A stretch of DNA of 62,489 nucleotides, the filler included, from Choristocarpus tenellus KU-1152 (Eukaryota > Protista > Phaeophyceae), in NCBI GenBank assembly GCA_964200185.2. It is 13 parts of 13 records of this genome, joined end to end, with 100 filler letters (N's around TTAATTAATTAA, not from the genome) between each part and the next. Parts side by side here need not be neighbours in the genome. Positions count along the whole stretch, not along the records: positions 50,723 to 56,676 come from CAXNAD020009324.1; positions 56,777 to 62,489 come from CAXNAD020009933.1; 11 more parts are not named here. One strand, written 5' to 3'. The notes beneath the pieces are model-generated. The model was not told the origin of the DNA. It saw only the letters and a list, made by a program, of their open reading frames with translations, and made no database searches. The position numbers and the translations under genes were made by a program. Shown here in pieces: positions 53,701-62,489 of the stretch. How positions within the stretch are numbered: position 1 is the stretch's first letter; each line of letters begins with the position of its first letter.

Positions 53701-55340
53701 CTTAGAGGGCAGAGGTGCGTCCATTTGGGGGACAAAATCCAATGTTACAATTTTGATACAATTTTGACTATTATGTTCGTTAGGAGATGTCAATATCCTT
53801 GTTCTGCACACTTCTTTTCATAACATAAACATTTTACCTACTCCGAAACATTTTGGAGCAGGTAAAATCTCATCAAAAACTTGTGGGGAGCTAAGCCCTA
53901 AATGGACAAACAGGGCAAAATTCGTACCCTCTAAGATACTTTCACTCTGCAGACTTGTTATCAGATGGACTATGCGTGCGTGTGGTTACCTGTCACCGCC
54001 GTGGGTTGGTGGGTAAAGTGCTGGGAGGGCTTGTGCTGTCTGGTTCGTGGTGTCTACGGATATGAACACGAAGTCGAGAGGTTTGCCGTTGGCTTTGGCC
54101 CGCATGGCGCTGCTGGTGCTGTTGGCGATGACCAGCCGATCCGCTTGGACAATCTGGCGAATGGGGGAGAGCAACATCATGTCTGTAAATCAAATAAATC
54201 TGCTCAGAGTTGTAAAAAATTGGCCACTTGTTAACACGTATCAGGTTAGTAACAAAATGGAGTGTAGGTATAAAAAAATGTTTGTCTTTGGATATGTTTT
54301 TTAATACTGCGTTCAATACAAACACAGTTATCGGGATTGTCGGAAGCACGTACGTACCGGGCCTGAGAAGCCGCTATAGTACCTGTCCGTCCTACATCCC
54401 GTTGTACACGACCAGGAAGCAGTCTATCATACAACTTGTGTGGGCAGGTAATAAGAACGTTTTTGCGGTGATTGAGGATTAGGCTGCTGCCATTAGCACC
54501 TGCGTGGGAGTCTTCATTCGAAAACGGAAACAGATGTTTAAAATGGAGGGCAATGGCGGCGACATGTTGTCACTGTACGCTTGTTGCAAAATTAACGCTG
54601 GACACATACCTCTCGATGGTCTGACAGCTCCTTATTGATGGACTCGAGGACGGTGGAATCGTTCGTAGGTTTTACACCAGGCGCACCGTGCCGCTTCTCT
54701 TTTAAGGTGACACATATGTCACATTTCATAAACTCTCCTCCTACCCTCACCCTGATGTTGGGCCTGTCCTCTCTGAGCAACCGGAGGAAGTGCGCCCTCC
54801 CCTGCTTACCCGCTTGGAAGGGTCGTCAGGATACACCCACATTGCCTCTTTGCAAAAATCCTTGTATAGCTCCTAATTAAAAATGTTGGTTGTATGGGCA
54901 AGAGAGGAGTTATTGAGAAGGAACACTCGAAGAACACCCCTGGAAGATCTCTCGGAGGCGGGCTGAGTAATAACTTGACTGAGAACTCGGAAGACAGGAT
55001 CAAGCAAGCTTACGTCGTGCGTTACGAAAGAGCAAATACAATGATCTTCGTAAATCTGCCATGAGCATCATTCTGTTCGGGCCTCGCTGCCGATTACAGA
55101 AGCGGCAAAGGAGGCGAATATACCATCATAATCATCATCATCGCGAAGCACTTTAGACACACCAAGTACACACTTTCCTACCAATGTCAGACCGGGACTG
55201 GGGCCGCAGAGTATGTGTACACGGCGTCGAAATAACAGTTACTCTGCCTTCCTTCGTAAAAGTGACCAAGAGTATCATCATCAACATTGTAGTCTCGACA
55301 TAGCAAACGAAAAAAATAGCCCTTGGTACGAATCTTCACA
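50723..55340 (-). pseudogene. Sola-type (DUF7869-like) DDD transposase copy B, most complete, at least 7 exons
   Basis: Spliced: FMKCDICVTLKE | ISVDTTNQTAQALP | GYSECQKIMAAHIEG | GCNLVCTATHLVL..HAHWQ (52891-53003) | VDNCVSENKNNFFLGYAGLLV..FMMVGHTHIKIDQIFS (52493-52638) | NFKGLLRGRVNCVPNITSYRAF | C-terminal GRFAFFV..LLVGKIL..VDLHWLRP; frameshifts and stops present. Confidence 0.88.
53689..53947. mobile_element. MITE A copy in transposase intron, 4-bp TSD TGCA
   Basis: TGCA on both flanks; the paralogous site in copy A (44811-44814) has a single TGCA and no MITE. Confidence 0.93.
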
Positions 55341-55598
55341 GAGCCAAAGTATCTTAGAGGGTAGATCCGCGTCCACTTGGGGACCAAAATCCAATGTTGC
55401 GATTTCGATGTAATTTTGTCTATCGTGTTTGTTAGGAAGTGCCAATATCCTTGTTCTGGACACACCTTTTCATAGCATATACATTTTACCTGCTCTGAAG
55501 TTTTTTCGAGTAGGAAAATGTCATACGAACCCCAATGGAAACCAAGCCCCAAATGGACAAACAGGGCAAAATTCGTACCCTCTAAGATACTTTCACTC
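55341..55598. mobile_element. MITE A copy at an orientation-switch junction, no TSD
   Basis: Left flank CACA, right flank ATCC; joins copy B (minus) to copy C (plus). Confidence 0.88.
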
Positions 55599-56676
55599 AT
55601 CCCCAACATCACGAGCTACAGGGCTTTTCGCGTTGAAAAGGGCGGTGATGGGCAGGTTAAGGTTAGTGTTAAGTGATACATGCACAGCACCGGATGGAGT
55701 GGAATAGGGAGAGACCTTGCTATCGACCCCAACGCCCCTCCGCACGACCTCTTCATCGGCCACCCGCCTCGTATCCAAGATGCACCACCCTACCAGCTCA
55801 AGAGTGTTCCCGAAGACGTCATCCTGAAAGTGGAGCAGCGGTACCAGGCGTCGCACGAGCGCCTCGCTGCTGCGTACCCACTGGGTAAGTCAATTGTTTC
55901 ATGAGGGGAGTTGATGGCTAATTTTTGTATTCGGTGGCAGCCAAAAAAATCTGGTGCAACTTCTATAAGAGGCAGCCTTTATCCCCTTTACAAAAACAAT
56001 CTCGAAAAAAATTCCATCCTCCTGCGTAGTGATCGTCGCATGTTACAATAAAAAGTACCATAGATTACCCCCGATAAATGTTTTGAGGGTACCGGTCTTG
56101 TACTCAACAGAAACGAATCCGACGAAATATACACCCTCCCTCTCACTGCATGCTCTCCGAGCGCATTCATGAAACCTCACGCCTGCTTACAAAGTAACAT
56201 TCATGCTTCCATACCGTTGATGTTCTCATGCTCATGGATTCCACCTTCGCAAACAATGAAGCCGTTCGGAGAGCGAAACACGAGCAAAGCGAGTCTGTAC
56301 GGCTTCTCAGAAAGACAGGGGAACAAGAGTTCGACCTCCCTGTCCATTGGCTTCCCACCGATGACAATGGCACTGGAACTGGTACCAGCGACGTCGAAGA
56401 CACTGACCAGGGCGAACGTTCGGGTGGAGGAGATAATCTCGTCAGCGGTGGCAATGATCTCGACGGGCTCGAGGAAACAGACTCTTCCTCATCGGACAGC
56501 AAAAAGGAAGAAGCTGACTCCCATCGACGGGGTTGGCCTCGTGCTACGTTGACATCGGCGAACCATGGAAGCCTCGTCTCCGTGCAGAAAGGCAGATTTG
56601 CCTTCTTTGTGGCAAAGGAGGCGCCGCTCTTGGTCGGCAAGATCCTAGCGGAGTGTGTCGGCGAGGACGGGGAGCG
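55599..56676 (+). pseudogene. Sola-type transposase copy C, C-terminal exons (inverted paralog of ~50905-51980)
   Basis: PNITSYRAFRVEKGGDGQVKVSVK*YMHSTGW..., LMDSTFANNEAVRRAK..., GRFAFFVAKEAPLLVGKILAEC. Confidence 0.85.
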
Positions 56677-56776
56677 NNNNNNNNNNNNNNNNNNNNNNNN
56701 NNNNNNNNNNNNNNNNNNNNTTAATTAATTAANNNNNNNNNNNNNNNNNNNNNNNNNNNNNNNNNNNNNNNNNNNN

Positions 56777-59700
56777 AAGGCAAGGAAGGGGCGGTGGAAG
56801 AGCACACGAGCCAAACCAATGCGTTGACACTCCCCAGGAGAAAGCACAGAAGGCCAGTCTCGTGCAACGGAGAGTCCATTACCATTGCTCTTCCCCACTT
56901 CAACACTTTCCTCCTCCTCTTCACCTAATACATCTCCACGCATGTGTTTTTCAAACAACAAATGAGATAGACCTAATTGGATCAGGATTGTCTCAACCTC
57001 CTGATTCACAGTGGTATCAGGTTTTGAAGGGTACGTGACCTGTCCAAGGCAAAACACAATAATTATGTGTGAGCTGTGGCAGGGGAGGAAGGGAGCCCAA
57101 ATTGGCGGTATCAGGTGGTCCATAGGGTACACTCTTTGCTTCCCACTGACACTTGACAAGAAAGTTATAGCTGATCTTCAGTACCTGAGAGGAAAAATTA
57201 AAGTAATTCACTCTATCTAATGTGCGCTCTCACCTGCTCCAAAAGTGTCCCTCGAAAGAGATAAGGTCTCTGTGGAAGAAACATCGCTCCACCCTGCATC
57301 TTGCATGGGCTCCCGTGACCCACCTGGTCCTCTCCTCTATCTTGCTCACTCTGAAACGTTTCAGCTCCTAGGTTGTAGCACTGTGCAGTCACAGACCTGA
57401 ACATAGCTGAGCCCTCAATCGGCCTCCAAAGTCCAGCAACTCCTCGTAGGAAAGACGTCTTCCCACAACCACTTGGTCCTGTGACAAGCAGGTTCTGACC
57501 TCTCAGCACAGTGAGTGTGAGATTACGAACAACCACAAATCCCTTATCTGCCATCACCATGCCATCACAAAAAGCAGTCCTCAATCTGCACCCAGGAACT
57601 TCAATGGTGAAACTATCCAGGTGCAGAAGCCAGTCCTCGCTGCTGTTCAAGTCGTGAGCATCAGTAGGGGATAAGTCTGCTCCACTGCCCACCTCAGGTG
57701 GGAGGTATGGAAGGTCCTCCTCACTAGATGTGGTACTATCTCCCTTACTGATGTCTCCAGGACCAGGAGAAGTGGTCTTGGACCAGGGTCCAAGGGCAAG
57801 AGAATCCTCTGGTGTGAAACCAGCACCCACCAGTAGTTCCACCACTCGGGTTGCGCTGCCACCAACCCTGCTTGCTGCCTCAGATGCTTTGAATGCCTGG
57901 TACAACATAAGCCCATTGACATGTGTTGAGCATGTACATATTACCATATCTTCAAAAAGGGAGGGAGCACAGACAGTGGGACTTAACAACATTGATATCA
58001 TGGATACACTAAAAATCACTCACTCCATCAGCAAGAACTCAAGGGACAAGTGGCATACAATTTGATGTTGCTATCCAGAGATTGCACTTTGGAGGACTTG
58101 TTGATGATGGCCACAAACCTGTGAGAATGCATTGATAAGATAGAGGCAGCTGTAGCTGCCACGGGCCACCAGGGATGATATCTCTGCCTCTGACATACTG
58201 CTGGCCTTGGAAAGGTAAAGTATAGCAGCACCCACAGCTGCATAGTTGATAATCGATCCAAGGTAATCAAAGAACTGAACCGTAAAGTAGAGCGGAAGGT
58301 GGCGTCGGATGACAAGCCACCTGAACACAAGGTCGAGGAACATGGTTAAGAGTGTACAGCAAGTGAAGCAGGTGCCGCTACATTAACCATTGCATAAGAC
58401 AATTTTTCAAACTGAGCAAAAGTAGCTCGTGGTGGCACTTTTCTTTGGGAATATCATATCGTGGAATGGCGCAGTACCATCCATGTTCTACACATAAACA
58501 CACCAGCACACCCATAGCACAACAAAGCTCATTAACCACCCCTTCCAAGGAAAAAAAAAGACAAGGTTACAGGAACCTGGTCAACTACGGGAAGGAGCAG
58601 GAAGCCAATGTGTCCAGCCGCTCAAGACTCTATTGCAAAGAAGTTATGAGAGATACACATACAATCTACATGATACTTACAAGTCCCACATAACCAATGG
58701 TGAATGAAGGAGACTGAAAACGAAATACACAGCACACGACCAATCAACTGCCAATTATCTTGTCAGTTGCAGTCACTCATTCCATCCATACTGGGGATGG
58801 TCTGAGGCCAACTCTCCCCTCAGTGTGATAGGGTCATCTAGGTTCAATTGGCTGCTGAACATTTATGGCAGCACTCGATACCTCAGCTGAACGGCAGGGT
58901 GATATTCCATGTTTTTGGTCTGTGACCCACATAGCAACTGTAACATAGGGCACAAACATAATACTACTGATATGTATGTACAGCAAAGTTGGAGTTGAGA
59001 TATTGAGCCTTGTCACGCCCAACAGGACAATACCGAAGTATAACAGGTTGTCGAATAACTACTAAGTACTGTTGATACATGACCTAGAAATGCATTTGAT
59101 TGATCTTCTTAGCAGGCATGCTATTTTAGCCAGTGCTCAATGTGCTCTAGAGCCCTATAAAATAAACACCTCCAACAAATTTCAGATATTAGTACAACCT
59201 ATCAACCCCCTAGGCTGCACAACAAGGTCTCATTACAAAGATATTGACCAGGCACACACAGATATACAAGGGGGCAAATATCCATTGCATAATGGTAACA
59301 AGGGTATCCCAATGCATGCCGCCAACAATGCTGAGCCCTCCTTGAACAATTTTTTCCTAAATCAATCCAATAATCGAGTCACTCTCTCGAGTCACTACTG
59401 GGTGCTATATTACCTTGCTCTGACGACACCTGCGAAGCTTTTACCCAAACGCTCTTGCTCACGTCCCTCCACAGCTTCCGGTCCATAGAAAGCAATTGAC
59501 TCAGCATTGGACCTGAGCCAAGCATGGTCATAGCGGTAGGTTCCTTCTGCTCTTTCCTGCAACAAGAAATGAGAAGAAGAGTACAAAACTTGAACACAGA
59601 CTCATTCACAATCACATTTCACCCCATGGTCGCATGCACATAACTGTGGAAGACTTCATAACTGGACTGTTGATGTGAAAAAATCACTGTCAATACTTGA

Positions 59701-61287
59701 ACTACAAGTGACTATAGAAAGACGAGGAGGTTGAGGTGGCAGCGTAAGAGTCCACGAATATGTTCCATAAATGTCTTGCCATTGACACCAAAAAAATGTG
59801 GTCAGTGTTTCAGAAGATAGATAGCCCCCTCCAAATCGCAGAGAAGCAGAATCGTTGCTTGAGATAGGGAAGTCTTAGTTTGCGGACTTGCCAACTACAA
59901 GCGAAATCGGCACTTTCTGTTGAGAAAAGAAACTGTGGTTGTTGAGCAGCTGGAAAAATATACGACAAAGTTTACATACATTGCCAGAATACTGAACTCA
60001 TATGTACACCATCATATGCCAAAGTGACGACAAATATTTCTCTCCTAATTGTCAACAGCAAGACGACCAGGAAATTCAATCCCAACATCACCTGGGTGTA
60101 CACTGCAGGGACGACTTTCTTGACCATTACCCAGTTCGTAAGAGATGCAAGCACAAAGAAGAGGTAGCAAGCGGCAGGGGCCGTCCAACCAAACATTCCT
60201 AGCAGGTACCAGGTGTAGTACACCACAAGTCCGGGGATAACCATTGTGTCGTGTGCCACTTTGGCAAAGGCGGTGGTGAGTGTTGTGGAGTCTGAAACAA
60301 TCCGCTGGTCAGGATTGTCAACCACCACCTTTTTATTTTCACTCCTACGTCCCCCGCATCTAAGAAGCATAATGCGAGAGGAAGGAATGAAACGGCATCA
60401 GGAGTATAGAGTCGTTCCAACAGTTGGAGGAACCATCCTTGTGGATGGACGTGTTGTACGAGTATTTTTCGTAACTGCTGCAGGGCCGATCTAGATCTGC
60501 AATAATACCTCATCCACACCGAATAAACAATCCAAAAAGGTTAAGAAGGCATACATTGCTGAAGCTCAATTCCACACTCAAGTCCAAAATGTGCTCACCG
60601 TCTTCCATGATAATCATCTAGAGCCGATCCCCACTCTGCTGTGGCAAGCACATATGGGGTGCTGCCACGGAGATACCATGTGTGTAAAAAGGCTACCAGA
60701 TCCCTTCGCCATTGCAGTGCGCAGCATTCTTCCGCCAGGTCCCGAAGTGCTTTGAGAAAAGCAACACTAGTAACAACCAAGAGGGAACGCCACAGCACCT
60801 GCTAAAGGCACGATGTGTATCGATATGAATAGGGCAATGCAGCAGCCAAAAGTATGGACATGAAGAATAAGATACGACGAACTTTGGGGAGAGAGGGATT
60901 GCAGATAGCTTGCTGACATGCTGGCGAGAGGTTGGTGTTGTTGCCTACCTTGACGAAGAGGTCAGCGTCCTGGGAAGAAATCGCCTCGTAAAAGTCTCCT
61001 ATAATGTTCATCACGGTCGACGCGACTACCTCATAGCTTGCAGCACTACATGCGAGGAGAAGAGGGAATCTCCATTGCCCATTAACAAACAGTCCACACC
61101 AGAAGAACACTCTCACAGCAATAGCAATGTCTCTTAACACTGACCACCTCTCTCTCTTCCCCGTGGGGGTGATCGCCACTAAGTGGGTTCCCAAGGCGTC
61201 ATCAAGTCCCCTCTCCGTTTGATCGAGGCGTGAGTACTGTGGCTGACTTCCACTCATGACTGGTCTTTGCAATGCTGAACGTCTCAT
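56777..61287 (-). CDS. ABCD4: ABC transporter subfamily D, ABCD4-like half transporter; exons 60949-61287, 60599-60798, 60092-60359, 59414-59556, 58119-58320, 57234-57896, <56777-57039; 3' end lost in gap
   Basis: DNPDQRI, EAA-like EGTYRYDHAWLRSNAESIAFYG, FDYLGSIINY, Walker A GPSGCGKTS, FLPQRPY, signature LSPGECQRIGLAR; junctions gt/ag and in phase. Confidence 0.9.
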
Positions 61288-62324
61288 TACATCATGACAC
61301 TACACCCTATGTTATCTTTGCTGATTTATATAGTAGACCTTACTGCTTGACGGTCCTATCTTTTCTGTGATTGGCTCAAAGACTAGCCGCGGGTGTATGA
61401 GGGCGAACAAGCGATTCGCGTCTCTTGCGTTAGATTCCAGAGTTTCATCTACTCCCTGTCACTTCATTGAGTGTGTACCCTCTACAACTACCCAGCACCT
61501 TCAAGTCCATAGATAATACCCCTTCAACATGCACAGAAAGAGAAAGGAGCCTGAATATTTGGAGATTCCATACCAACACCAATCATCCCACCACATCGTT
61601 CAACCATAATTTCAACTCACCTAAAACAATCCAATAACAAACAGTAGTAGGGTTAGATCAATAATATAACATTCAATACTCAAGTACAAGATAAAAGGTG
61701 CATTCATAACCAGTTTGAATTGACAGTCGATACGTCTAATTGCTGTTCACGGAATTATATCCTATATACCCACCTCATCCCCACCTCGTACGCGTTGCTT
61801 CCATGACAAGGGAGGGCCACTCCATCTATTTGCCATGGTCTGACCCTAGTATGTTACCAGAGGACTGAAGCGATGTCTTGGAATTTGTTTTGTACTCGTT
61901 TTTGTTTCGCCCTCGTGTCGTAGAAATACAGTGGTCGTTCCCCCATTCGTGAGGTACCCATTCTTCTTTTTAATTTTGAAGTTCAGGAACTTAAATGAAG
62001 TGTTTGTTATCAACCTATTCAACTATGTTAGGGAGGCAACGTTAGAGAATCTCACCTTTTGTGACACTGACCAAGTAATCGAACTTACTTCATCTTCACA
62101 AGCGAATTTGGTGGGTACGAGGGTTTTTTGGGTAAGTCCACGTTTGCTGGACTTCGTCTCATCCATGCCCTTACCTACAACTTGACTAAGGAGGATGGGT
62201 CCCCTCCTGCTACGTCATCACATGCATACACCACCATCACCAGATGAACCAGTATGTCGTGCTTCTTCTTGTTTTGGAGTTCCAGATAAGAATAGTCACT
62301 CATTGCGTTTCGCTACCTGTATCG

Positions 62325-62405
62325 TACATACATACATACATACATACATACATACATACATACATACACACACACATACATACATACATACATACATACA
62401 TACAT

Positions 62406-62445
<40 letters not shown>

Positions 62446-62489
62446 ACATACATACATACATACATACATACATGCATGCATGCATGCAT
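62325..62489. repeat. Compound microsatellite (TACA)n/(CA)n/(TGCA)n
   Basis: Directly visible. Confidence 0.97.

Noticed and set aside
62296-62485. MYVC-repeat ORFs
   Set aside because: Translation of a microsatellite.

Overview
Intron-rich, repeat-rich eukaryotic DNA; a brown alga or related stramenopile is inferred from gene structure and TE types, not proven. It consists of 13 short contigs joined by 12 artificial 100-nt linkers (N44-TTAATTAATTAA-N44), so adjacency across linkers is unverified. Host gene fragments: 3' exons of a PlsC/LPAAT acyltransferase, exon 1 of a myristoylation-motif R/E-rich protein, 3' exons of a Ggc1-like mitochondrial GTP/GDP carrier, 3' exons of an RBM28/Nop4-like gene, a terminal exon of an unknown gene, and 7 exons of an ABCD4-like transporter. 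TE relics: Ty3/Gypsy pol and gag, an RTE LINE and a plant-type mariner. About 20 copies or fragments of two related MITE families share a AAAGTATCT TIR core and show both 3-bp and 4-bp TSDs. The most interesting region is 44-57 kb. It holds three partial copies of a highly spliced Sola-type (DUF7869-like) DDD transposase with a putative SH3/Tudor-like C-terminal module. These flank a spliced ParB/Srx-like (CLNGQHR) gene and two tandem-repeat arrays, making a candidate cargo-carrying DNA transposon with a possible MITE partner family. All assignments come from manual translation and motif recall; no searches were run.
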